DNA from: a virus
Reading direction: 5' to 3' (one strand)
IMG/VR virus record: IMGVR_UViG_3300021139_000002
Coordinates: 42,022 to 106,021 of that record
Length of the DNA stretch: 64,000 nt
Position numbers and translations under genes: made by a program. The first letter of the stretch is position 1. The number at the start of each line of letters is the position of its first letter. A model generated the notes under the pieces. That model did not search any database, was not told where the DNA came from, and worked only from the letters and a program-made list of their open reading frames with translations. This document shows positions 8,664-18,800 of this stretch, piece after piece.

Positions 8664-9926
8664 TTGTCTGCAAAATCTTCTACAGCAACTAAACAAAAGC
8701 AAATCCAAAAACAAGAATTTACTCAAGATCAAAAAAATAAGATCGTTGAGAAATTGATTACAGCCCGTATTGGCTTGCTGTTGCGTCATCCGTTTTTTGG
8801 CAACCTTGCAACACGCCTTAAACTTGTTGATGCCACAGATTGGTGTGGTACATTGGCTACAGATGGTCGCCACTTTTATTACAATAACGACTTCGTTCAC
8901 GCACTAACTCCTAAAGAATGTGAATTTGGCTTTGCACACGAAGTTCTTCACAATGTGTTTGATCACATGGGACGTCGCGAACATCGTGATCCTAAACTAT
9001 CAAACATTGCCGCAGACTACGCCGCTAATCAAATTCTTAAAGATGAGCGCATCGGTGATGTACCTAGTTTCATTCAAATTTATCAAGACAACAAATATCG
9101 CGGATGGAGCTACGAGCAAATCTACGAAGAAATTGAAAAGAACGCAATTAAAATTGACATGAGCCAACTCGGCGAATTGTTGGACGAACACTTAGATGGC
9201 GAGGGCGACGACAACGGGGAAGGTGAAGACGGAGATGAAAAAGACGGTAAAGGTCGTCCGAAACTAACACCCGAGGAAAAGAAAGCTATTCGTGATGAGA
9301 TCAAGGAAGCAATGGTAGCGGCGGCGCAAGCGGCTGGTGCTGGTAAAGTGCCTGCAGGTGTTGCACGTATGATTCAAAGCTTCACTGAACCTAAAATGGA
9401 TTGGCGTCAGATGTTGCGTATGAACATCCAAAGTATCTTCAAAAGCAATTTCAGTTTTACTCGTCCTAATCGTAAGTCACAACATTGCGGTGCAGTATTG
9501 CCCGGTATGATGAACGAAGAAACAATTGATGTGTCTGTGTGTATTGACATGTCAGGTTCTATTAGCGATGCTATGGCACGTGACTTCTTAAGTGAAGTTA
9601 AAGGTATTATGGAAGAATACAAAGACTTCAAACTAGATTTGTGGTGCTTTGATACAGAAATCTATAACTATCAAAAGTTCACAGGCGATACTGCTGACGA
9701 GATTAACGACTATAAATGCATGGGTGGTGGTGGAACTGATTTCGATGTCAACTATCAGTTTATGAAAGACAACGATATTAACCCTAAAAAGTTTATCATG
9801 TTTACAGACGGATATCCATGTGGTAGTTGGGGTGACGAGGACTATTGCGATAGCCTGTTTATTATCCATGGTAATGACAGCATTATTGCACCATTTGGGC
9901 AAACTGCACATTATGAGTCTAAGTAG
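8664..9926 (+). CDS. DUF2201-type metallopeptidase + VWA domain protein
   Basis: TTG start with AGGAG SD; HEVLH (HExxH); DMSGS MIDAS, GGGGTDF, FTDGY; typical partner of the upstream ATPase. Confidence 0.85.
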   Translation: MSAKSSTATKQKQIQKQEFTQDQKNKIVEKLITARIGLLLRHPFFGNLATRLKLVDATDWCGTLATDGRHFYYNNDFVHALTPKECEFGFAHEVLHNVFDHMGRREHRDPKLSNIAADYAANQILKDERIGDVPSFIQIYQDNKYRGWSYEQIYEEIEKNAIKIDMSQLGELLDEHLDGEGDDNGEGEDGDEKDGKGRPKLTPEEKKAIRDEIKEAMVAAAQAAGAGKVPAGVARMIQSFTEPKMDWRQMLRMNIQSIFKSNFSFTRPNRKSQHCGAVLPGMMNEETIDVSVCIDMSGSISDAMARDFLSEVKGIMEEYKDFKLDLWCFDTEIYNYQKFTGDTADEINDYKCMGGGGTDFDVNYQFMKDNDINPKKFIMFTDGYPCGSWGDEDYCDSLFIIHGNDSIIAPFGQTAHYESK

Positions 9927-10194
9927 AAACGAAGTAAATCCGTTAGGAGTCTTGGGGGTAAGGAAATTATCCTTTATCCCCGAGCACTTTACTAAACTAG
10001 CAGTATCAAATCCTGTCGATATCAAATTATTAGACCACTGGATTAACTACCACTTAAATAGTAGGTACGCAATCAAGAAGACATTATCACTGGATAGCAA
10101 TAATAAAACATCCGAAGTGGTAGAAATTGGTATAGAGGATCCCCGGGAGATTACTATGCTAACTTTAGGTTGTCCGTATATACATAGAAAATAA
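9913..10194 (+). CDS. hypothetical phage protein
   Basis: Likely start ATG 9913 (MSLSRNEVNPL) overlapping the upstream stop. Confidence 0.7.
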   Translation: MSLSRNEVNPLGVLGVRKLSFIPEHFTKLAVSNPVDIKLLDHWINYHLNSRYAIKKTLSLDSNNKTSEVVEIGIEDPREITMLTLGCPYIHRK

Positions 10195-10208
10195 AAGGAC
10201 TTTTTAAA

Positions 10209-10454
10209 ATGGAAAACCAAGATCAAGCACAAGTACCTAGCCAAGACGTTGGCGGTGCCGCAACTGCTCAACCAGAATTAAACATTAACGACTTACAAAA
10301 TATTCGTGCCGTTATTGATACCGCTGTACGTCGCGGTGCATTTGGTGCTGGAGAAATGACCGCAGTTGGTGGAGTATTCGATCGTTTGAATACTTTCTTA
10401 AATGCAGTAACACCTGCACCTGCACCAGCGGCCGCTGATCAAACAGCAGAATAA
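10209..10454 (+). CDS. hypothetical phage protein
   Basis: AAGGA SD; 81 aa with RRGAF motif. Confidence 0.8.
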   Translation: MENQDQAQVPSQDVGGAATAQPELNINDLQNIRAVIDTAVRRGAFGAGEMTAVGGVFDRLNTFLNAVTPAPAPAAADQTAE

Positions 10455-10466
10455 GGAAAAATTAAT

Positions 10467-11135
10467 ATGAAACACGTAGGCAAAATGAAAAACAATGGGG
10501 CTAGAATTGCTGTAGCCTACAGAACATTGCCAGGCGATTCTGGTAGTGCATTGGTAATCGGTACCGGTAACTTACCCCCATCCTGGCATGACTCATTAAT
10601 GAGTCTTATTCAAGATCCAAGCGGACAACAAGCAAACGAACTTGCAGACATTCTTTCTGTTCGTCGTTTCCCAGACGGCAATAACATGCTACAGGCATTA
10701 CACGCAGGTGGACATCTTAAGAAAGTTCCAACAAGCGGTGTGTTAATGACTCCAACTGGTAATCAAAACGTTACCGTTGTACTAAGTGAACTTAATCAGA
10801 TCATTGCTGAACAACGAGGTGTTAGTGTTGACGATCTTGCTATCAAAGATGGCAGTGTAGATACTAATCCAAAGACAAGTAAAAAGGTCGATGAAGAACT
10901 TTCTGCTGTTAACAACCAGTCTAACGCATTAAACGATCCAGGAAAAACAACTTCTTCTTCAGTAAATTATGAAGAACCAGCAGTTAACGTTCCTACAGAA
11001 CCGTTGACTCCTACTCAGTTACGTAGCAAAGCAGATGCTTTGTTTAAAGAAGCACAGGCTCTACGTAAACAAGCAGACGCAGTTGATCCTCCAAAAAGCA
11101 AAAAGAAACAAGTAGCAGACGCAGATGCATCCTGA
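10467..11135 (+). CDS. hypothetical phage protein
   Basis: AAGGA SD; 222 aa. Confidence 0.8.
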   Translation: MKHVGKMKNNGARIAVAYRTLPGDSGSALVIGTGNLPPSWHDSLMSLIQDPSGQQANELADILSVRRFPDGNNMLQALHAGGHLKKVPTSGVLMTPTGNQNVTVVLSELNQIIAEQRGVSVDDLAIKDGSVDTNPKTSKKVDEELSAVNNQSNALNDPGKTTSSSVNYEEPAVNVPTEPLTPTQLRSKADALFKEAQALRKQADAVDPPKSKKKQVADADAS

Positions 11136-12006
11136 TTTAGTCTATCTCAACGCATTAAAAGATATCTTAGAAAATGGCGAGGACCGTCCTGATCGTACAG
11201 GAACTGGTACTCGCAGTATCTTTGGTATGCAGATGCGATTCGATCTCACAGAAGGTTTCCCTGCTATTACTACAAAGAAGTTAGCATGGAAGGCCTGTAT
11301 TAGCGAACTATTATGGTTTATTGAAGGAAGCGGCGATGAACGACGGCTCGCTGAGATTCTACATGGAACTCGTGACACTAGCAAGAAGACTATCTGGACC
11401 GATAACGTTACAGCGGATTATTGGATTGCTAGACGCCATCAACGGAACGCAGGAGACCTCGGAAGAGTCTACGGAGTCCAATGGCGTAGATGGCGCAAAC
11501 CACTAATTCGTATTAACAAGGTTGTGTTACAAAATCACGATCAGTTAATCGAATTAATCAATGGTATTAAAGAAGATCCATACAGCCGTAGACATATCAT
11601 TACAGCATGGAATCCTGGTGAACTTGATTTAATGGCGTTGCCTCCATGTCACATGATGGCGCAGTTTTACGTTTCGAATGGTAAACTGAGTTGCCAAATG
11701 TATCAGCGTAGTGCGGATATGTTTCTTGGAGTGCCTTTTAACATTGCAAGTTACGCATTGTTCACGCACATGATTGCACAGGTATGTAATTTAGAAGTAG
11801 GTGATTTGATTATTACTATTGGCGATGCACACATCTATAACAATCACTTTGAACAAGTAAAGGAGCAATTAACTCGCAAACCTTTACCACTACCTACATT
11901 AAAATTGAATCCTGATATTTCAGTTATTATGGATTTTGAAATGGAAGATGTTGAGTTAGTAGGTTATCAAAGCCACGATGCAATTAAAGCACCAATGGCT
12001 GTTTAA
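11125..12006 (+). CDS. thyA: thymidylate synthase ThyA
   Basis: DRTGTGT, ELLWF, SRRHI, LPPCH, YQRSAD, PFNIASY (Asn of dUMP-specific enzymes), GDAHIY. Confidence 0.95.
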   Translation: MHPDLVYLNALKDILENGEDRPDRTGTGTRSIFGMQMRFDLTEGFPAITTKKLAWKACISELLWFIEGSGDERRLAEILHGTRDTSKKTIWTDNVTADYWIARRHQRNAGDLGRVYGVQWRRWRKPLIRINKVVLQNHDQLIELINGIKEDPYSRRHIITAWNPGELDLMALPPCHMMAQFYVSNGKLSCQMYQRSADMFLGVPFNIASYALFTHMIAQVCNLEVGDLIITIGDAHIYNNHFEQVKEQLTRKPLPLPTLKLNPDISVIMDFEMEDVELVGYQSHDAIKAPMAV

Positions 12007-13193
12007 ACTTTAACTTCAATAACTGCAAAGCCTTCGGAGTTCGCTTCGAGGGCTTTTCCAATTATAGCTCCCGAATGTACAGAGCTAGCCGCTGTGGCAT
12101 ATCCCGGATGTGCGCTTGTAACTAGTAGGTCACCCTTTTTAATATAGCCCACAACTTTGCAAGGAACACGACCTTTTAAGGCAATATAGGGGTGAGTTTC
12201 GTCGGTTCCGGCGTCGGAATTCATCATATATGCCGGGTTTTTACTCACTATACCCGCTACCCGTGTATCTGCGAATTGATCAGTAGTAGTAACTTCTTTT
12301 TCGCCGCCGATTACTAATACGGTTCCAACTTCGTATTCTTGATCTGCTTCATATCGTTCAGCAATATCTGCATACAATGCACTAGATGCCGTAATGTTTA
12401 AAATGTTAGTAGACGGATCATAAGAAAAAGTACTGGTTGTAGATAATATATTTTGACCAGTTTCATTAGCAACAAACGGTACATATTGAGTTTGAGAACC
12501 AGTAAGATTATGAGTTATTACTGATTGTGCTTGCAATGAATCAGATGCAGTTCCCCACAACAAATAACCAGTTGTTGTACTACTTGCACTAACACCTGTT
12601 ATAGGATCAGTATTGTATAAATTAATACCTTTCTTAATTAGAGGAAATTGTGTAAGATTTTCTGAAGAGTCTGGAGTGTATGCTGTGTTAGAAATTTCAA
12701 CAACCGATACTCCTCCTAATAATCCTTGAATAGCATATTCTTCTGTTAAAGAGGAATCAAGTACTCTAGAAAAATCCCAAGAGCTTCCGCCGCCGCCGTT
12801 TGCTTGGCTTGCAGACCATGTTCCACTTACTGATTCATATACCTTGATTTGACCATTAACACTATCCCACCATAAGTCACCTGTAGTTGCATTCTTTGGA
12901 GCAGATGAACTATACGGAACGTTTGCTAAATCTCTAAAATTATTACCGTCATATGAAACCAATAAACGTCTAGAATTTGGATTACTATTAAACCATAACT
13001 GACCTTGTATAGGTTTAGTAGGTTGCGAAGTATTAGCAAAGTTTTCTAATAACTTAACAAAGTTTTCTTCAATAGTTTGTCCGTAACCAGAATAGTTTCT
13101 TCCAACAAATGTTAAACTTGTTGAATTGTCTACACTAGCATCTTGTACCGTTGCTAATGTTGTTCCGTTAGTTTTCTTTAAAATATATGGCAT
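12003..13193 (-). CDS. tail/baseplate fibre protein with C-terminal intramolecular-chaperone-like domain
   Basis: N-terminal LxFVGRN.GYG..EN..LLENFA / GQLWF module; C-terminal YADIAERY...IALKGRVPCKVVG..KKGDLLVTS. Confidence 0.65.
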   Translation of the reverse strand: MPYILKKTNGTTLATVQDASVDNSTSLTFVGRNYSGYGQTIEENFVKLLENFANTSQPTKPIQGQLWFNSNPNSRRLLVSYDGNNFRDLANVPYSSSAPKNATTGDLWWDSVNGQIKVYESVSGTWSASQANGGGGSSWDFSRVLDSSLTEEYAIQGLLGGVSVVEISNTAYTPDSSENLTQFPLIKKGINLYNTDPITGVSASSTTTGYLLWGTASDSLQAQSVITHNLTGSQTQYVPFVANETGQNILSTTSTFSYDPSTNILNITASSALYADIAERYEADQEYEVGTVLVIGGEKEVTTTDQFADTRVAGIVSKNPAYMMNSDAGTDETHPYIALKGRVPCKVVGYIKKGDLLVTSAHPGYATAASSVHSGAIIGKALEANSEGFAVIEVKV

Positions 13194-13199
13194 AGTGTA

Positions 13200-13937
13200 T
13201 TATTGATATAAAGGTAGATAATAATTAGACCCGCCAACATCAACTTTTAACCAAGAAGCAGGAGTGGACGAATTAGTAGGTGTACCAGTTGTATGACCAA
13301 CATGTAGGTTACCAGTTGCTTTGATATCTCCAATAATAGTCAGGCCGGCAGCAATTGCAAATGAACTAGTACCAGCGTTAACAAATGTACTAGTGGATGT
13401 AGCAGTATTGGCAACAAAAGACGATGTGGTTATTGCACCAATTACATCACCATAACTTTTTAATAATGTTACATTTTTTGCATTAGAACTTTGATCTACT
13501 ATCGTAGTTAGAGAGGGTTGCCAACCACTAACATCGTACATAGGAAATGATGTTAGAGAACGATATTGTCCTGTATCATCTAGAAAGTTTAAAGATGCGT
13601 TAGTAGGGTTATACCAAAACTCTCCAGGAACTTGTCCAATAGGTTGTGATGTAGAAATTGTAGGTGAATTAACTGGAGTAAATCCAGTATCATTATCAAA
13701 GACTTTTAAAACACCATAGGTAGCATCATACCAAAGTTGCCCTTGCAGAGGATTATTAGGAGGAATACTATTAGTAGAAAAATTACTCAACATATCAACC
13801 AAGTTTTGATTGATATATCTTCCGTAGTTGTTAACATCTCTGCCAATTAAGGCGATGCTGGTTGTAGCTGTATTAATTTTACCTGTTGCTACCGTAGTTA
13901 ATATTGTTCCGCTGCTGGTGTAGATAATATATGACAT
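13200..13937 (-). CDS. tail/baseplate fibre-associated protein (paralogous N-terminus to 12003-13193)
   Basis: Shares LIGR...YG..NQN.V..L.NF...P..GQLWYD module. Confidence 0.65.
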   Translation of the reverse strand: MSYIIYTSSGTILTTVATGKINTATTSIALIGRDVNNYGRYINQNLVDMLSNFSTNSIPPNNPLQGQLWYDATYGVLKVFDNDTGFTPVNSPTISTSQPIGQVPGEFWYNPTNASLNFLDDTGQYRSLTSFPMYDVSGWQPSLTTIVDQSSNAKNVTLLKSYGDVIGAITTSSFVANTATSTSTFVNAGTSSFAIAAGLTIIGDIKATGNLHVGHTTGTPTNSSTPASWLKVDVGGSNYYLPLYQ

Positions 13938-13947
13938 TTTACACCTC

Positions 13948-14565
13948 TTAACTTGTTAGACTTTGTACACGAACGGTATAGTCAATCTGAATTAATCGAT
14001 TCAAGCTCTTTTGCACAGGATGGAAAATAACATGAGTAAGTAAAGATCCCATGCCAGGACCGTCTGGTGTATAAGCTCTTAAACCTAACTCGTCAAATAC
14101 ATAAGATTCATTAGAGTTAGCCGCAGTATCAAAAGCATCTTGTCCGGAAGGCTCTCCAAAATCTAATAAACAACTTACTAAAATATCTGTGTAGTATGCT
14201 CCTGCAACGTGTCTAACTTCCATAAAGTTTCTAGCAGGGTTTAAATCTCCAGGACGATTTGCATCAACCTGTTTAATATATGTTTGGTTATATAAACTAG
14301 CGGAACTATCAATTACGTTTGGAGTTAGATATGTGATAATACCTGTATCATCTACGCGAGTACCTCCGTTACCAAAACACATTTCAGCAATCATTCCAAA
14401 TCCTTGATTGCTGATACTTTGTGCTAATGCCAAACTAAAATTTTCATAGTGAATAGCGTTGTCTTTGTCTATTAAGACTTCTCCAGAAACTGGATCGTAA
14501 ATTTTGATATGGCCTTTCACTGAAAAAGCACCTTTATCTTTTGGATTTGTAAAAGTTTGACTCAT
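13948..14565 (-). CDS. virion structural protein (baseplate/tail)
   Basis: Likely start 14565 downstream of TATAAATA (14586-14593, minus); location in baseplate block. Confidence 0.6.
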   Translation of the reverse strand: MSQTFTNPKDKGAFSVKGHIKIYDPVSGEVLIDKDNAIHYENFSLALAQSISNQGFGMIAEMCFGNGGTRVDDTGIITYLTPNVIDSSASLYNQTYIKQVDANRPGDLNPARNFMEVRHVAGAYYTDILVSCLLDFGEPSGQDAFDTAANSNESYVFDELGLRAYTPDGPGMGSLLTHVIFHPVQKSLNRLIQIDYTVRVQSLTS

Positions 14566-14598
14566 TTTTTTATGTTCCGATATGCTATTTATACTCAA

Positions 14599-15840
14599 TT
14601 AAAGAGAGGCTATCCTTGCCTGAAAGTCTGAGAAACTGGTACTTGCGGCTACTACTGCTTGAAGTGTTGCTTTACTTATGTAAGATGTTGCTGTAAACGC
14701 AGTAGTTTGTACTGAAGTGTCTGGAAATTTCAATCCAGTATTGTCTAACTGATATCCTAAAATAGTAGCAGTTGATGTTGATAATGTTGCAATATGACTT
14801 TGATTAGAATTACTAATTATATGCAGATCGCTATTGTAATGATTTTCAGTAGGTTCTAAAACCAAACTTCTAATAGTACTAGATGTATATGTAGCACTGG
14901 ACATTGTATAGAAAACCATTTCTGATCCAGCTTGGGTGCCACTATAATCAGAACTTGCATGTACCTGAATGCTCGCTACGTTGACGCCATTGTTAGAAGC
15001 GTCTGTTTGATTTATTCCGTTAAACCCAATATAACCTACGGTGTCCTGATGTGCTAATGGTTGTTTAAATCCGTTATATGTATTGCTTCTACTGGTAACA
15101 AAGATATAAGCATTGGTAGATGTTAAAGTAGCATTCGGTGCTGTATTATCTTGTGTCGGTAATCCGTATTGTACTAGTTGCGAGTTAACAAAACTAACCT
15201 GCGCTCTACCAGGACCCATAAATGTGTGAACACCGTCGGTGGTTGTGTTAATATCCATCGGAGTGTTAGACATAGCACCAATTTGAATTATGTTTAAAGA
15301 GGGTAACGCAGGATTGCCTGTCGAGGTGCTGGTAACTATAATATTTCTAACTTTGCTGTTTATAGAAAGTTGAGTATTGTTAGGCTGATGATAAATGAAC
15401 CATCCGGCTCCGGCGGCGGTAGTTTTAGTTCCGTTGTTGGCCCAATTTTCAGAAGCAAACCCTGCGAATGCCACACTAGGTATCTTCTCTCCCTGGACAA
15501 TATCTTCATTACCATCAAATCCGCCAAATCTTAAAGAACCAATACCATCATTTGTTTGTAATGCAGTTCCGTCAGAATGATAAAAGTCTGTTTGAAATCC
15601 GTGCTGTGATTCGCCATTAGAATCTGGTGCAAAGTCTTGTATAGTAACACTTCTAAATGTTACGTCAGTAGTCGTAAACAAGTTTTGATCAGTTTTAAGG
15701 GTAGCAGGCAATGTTGCTTCTAATTGCGACACTAATTGTCCATAGCTAAATCTTCTCGCCAGCCCTTGATCAGACAAAATAAAATAAGATTGCTGATCGG
15801 TTGCTGTTGTAATTGTTTGTAATAAATTTATATTTGGCAT
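14599..15840 (-). CDS. tail fibre-like structural protein
   Basis: Thr/Ser/Asn-rich, duplicated D..G.(L/I).F.G motif; in baseplate operon. Confidence 0.55.
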   Translation of the reverse strand: MPNINLLQTITTATDQQSYFILSDQGLARRFSYGQLVSQLEATLPATLKTDQNLFTTTDVTFRSVTIQDFAPDSNGESQHGFQTDFYHSDGTALQTNDGIGSLRFGGFDGNEDIVQGEKIPSVAFAGFASENWANNGTKTTAAGAGWFIYHQPNNTQLSINSKVRNIIVTSTSTGNPALPSLNIIQIGAMSNTPMDINTTTDGVHTFMGPGRAQVSFVNSQLVQYGLPTQDNTAPNATLTSTNAYIFVTSRSNTYNGFKQPLAHQDTVGYIGFNGINQTDASNNGVNVASIQVHASSDYSGTQAGSEMVFYTMSSATYTSSTIRSLVLEPTENHYNSDLHIISNSNQSHIATLSTSTATILGYQLDNTGLKFPDTSVQTTAFTATSYISKATLQAVVAASTSFSDFQARIASL

Positions 15841-18800
15841 TTAAGTTCTTCCTGTTAAAATGCTACCATTTTCATCTGTCAATGGAACACCATTTTGATC
15901 TCTTAGTACGATATCACCTTCATAGTAATACGAGTTAGGCAATTCAGTAGGGAATTGTTTCAATTGACCTGCTATCGTTGTGCTACTTTCCCATAGAGGT
16001 AATGTTACACCCGGGCTAACTACCGTATTAAATGTATTACTTAAAGCAGATTTTTTAACAATTGCTAATTCTATATTGCTTTCGACTACAATATTTAATT
16101 GAATAGTTTGTGTGTTATTATGTGCAACGGTAAATTCTTGAGGTAATTCAGTTAAACCAGTATATACCCATCCTGGATATTGTACGTTTGTTGATCTATT
16201 TCCTACATACTGCCATACTTGACCAGATGATACAAGTATGTAAGCATCATTTAACATTGCTGATTGTGTAGACAGGTCACTGGTTGTTCCTTGAATGTAC
16301 GACTCGTCTATACTATCATATGCAATGGTTGTATCATGTACAAATATAGGAGATTTTCTAAGTTGACGGCCGCCGTAATACACTTCTAATTGATCGTTAT
16401 ATGGTAGAGAATCTACTAATTTAATACCTGCAGATGCAATTGTAGCTGTAGTTCCTGGAACTGGCGAAGTATAAGACGAAGTACTTATATGATAAACAGA
16501 ATTTGTAGCCGTAGTAAAAATATATTGAATACTTACCGCTTCTGGATTTCCAAGAACTTGTAACGTTCCTTGATCAACAACCTTCGATCCATATAATAAG
16601 TGCGGCGATACTCCAGTTCCGAGTGTACCTCTTGTTATTTCGTCTAATTTATAGCCGCCTGATGCTACGGTAATTTGATTAAATTCAATTCTTTCTGCGT
16701 TGATCAGCACCACACCAGGTGTAGTTTCAGTAGGAGCAGTAAGAACCGTAGCATCTGCAACATAGATTTCAGTATCATCAGGCGCTAATGGTTTGGTTAG
16801 ATATGTTGTATTTGCTTTACTTAATCTAGTAAACGTTGTATGTCCTAACAAGTCATTAAAGATTCTGTAGCCAAGAACCGTATCAATATATTGGGGACTC
16901 TTGAAGCTGATAATTTCTACCGTATCTAAATTTGAAATATTCCAACTATCGCTAATTTGAACCGTAACGTTATCATCTAATAAAATGTAATCAATACCGT
17001 TTATCAATCCAGAAACCGTATCATTTTGATGTATGATCGAAACCCACATGTAGATATCATTGCTAACAGGTCTGTTCATAATGAATCGCCTGTTTGGATT
17101 TCCTACAAAGTTTTCTATGTCAACGCCCATCTTACCTGTAGTGTCTATAAAAGTAACAACTTTAATTAAATCACCGGGGTTCAAATGTACAGAAATTGTT
17201 AGTGTAGACCCAACAATTGTGTATTCGTTCTTAGAAGTCAATAGTCTATTAGCAACTCCATTAACAATTTTTTCTACAATATAATCACCTTCCACATTTA
17301 ATGTAAACGTAGTCATCGAAGAAGTAGAAGAAGCAACAAATTGTTGATCAATTATTTGATTAAAATTACTATGAGATTCTGTAAAGAACCAGGCTTGGAC
17401 AGCATTACCTTGAGATGAATCTAACCCGTTAACGGTGACTACAGCAGGTCCTCGATTATTTGCAGAAACATCTAGAACATAATCAGATGTAGGAATTCCG
17501 TTAACCGTTACGTATACATCTTTTACAATATTAGCAAGATATCCACTGCTAACAATACCAACTGAGCTGTTTGTTGTAATAACAGATTCGCTGTCAATTA
17601 ATCCAAAATTGTTTGTGCCGCCTCCAACACCCACCATGCTGTAACTTAATTTTCCAGACGATACTTGAGGCGGAATTATTAATCGTTGTCCTACCCAATC
17701 AATTTCAAAACTAAGAGCGCCAGGCATTATTGGCGCACACTCTAATATAGTACCGTTTAGGATAACAGAAATACTATCAACCGTAACCGGCAACATAGGT
17801 AACGGATAATATTGCAAATCAGCACTAGGAGAAACATCAAAATATCCTGTTACTATTGTAGGTGCTTGAGCAGGACCTTGTGTATATACGTTAATTCCTA
17901 GCGTATCAATTGCAAAACCTGGAAGTAATTCTTCAGGTGCGTGACCAGATGCTGTGTTAATAAAACCTAACTCGCCACTTAATGTAATATCTTCAGGATT
18001 AGTTCCTAATGCAGATACTCTACCATCTGCATTCCAGGTACCACCTTCAATATTGCTATAAGGGTAAACACCGCCATACGGGTTTACAAATCTTTGACCG
18101 TCGACTAAGGTACCTGGATAACTTATTCCATCCATTAAGACCGTTAGGTCGAGACCAATCATGCCGTTTGTAGCCGTATAATATGCCAGTATGCGATCAG
18201 TTGCATTAAGAATGTCTGCACTCTTCTTATACTTAATTGTAATTGTTGCATTATTTGCAGGAGCATTATTAACAAAAACAAGTTTAGCAAACTTTTTAGA
18301 ATAACCGTTATAAGGTTGTTCATAATAATCAATAGTCCATTCACTACTTAAGGAAATGACGCTGTTTATTTTTACAGAAATTCCTGTTTTATTAAATGCA
18401 GGAACCCAACCTAAAACAAACTCAGATGTAATACCGTCTGCTATGAATGTATCAACTACTTCAAATCCACCAGATTGTCCTACATAACTAGTCCTATCAA
18501 ATTTTAATTCAATAGTAGAAACTCTGTCTTGTTCGATAATATCAGTGTATGTAGGCTCTAACACTGAATATTCAGTTGTAAAGTTTCTAATCTGCGTATG
18601 ATAAGGTTTAACTTCGTTGATATAATCTTCAAAGAAAGAACTATCGTTTAATTTATACACAGGAGGCTGATACAATTCACCAGATGTATTTGTTACATTG
18701 ATGAATGATGTTTTAAAAGCCCAATCTAAAAGTTTTTGTTCTGTTAAAGCGTACTTAACTGCCTTGAAGAACAACAGGTTCCAATTTATTTTTAGCTCGT

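Noticed and set aside
11125-12006. ThyA as a base-modifying dCMP hydroxymethylase or intron-split gene
   Set aside because: Canonical PFN Asn is kept and the ORF is continuous and normal in length
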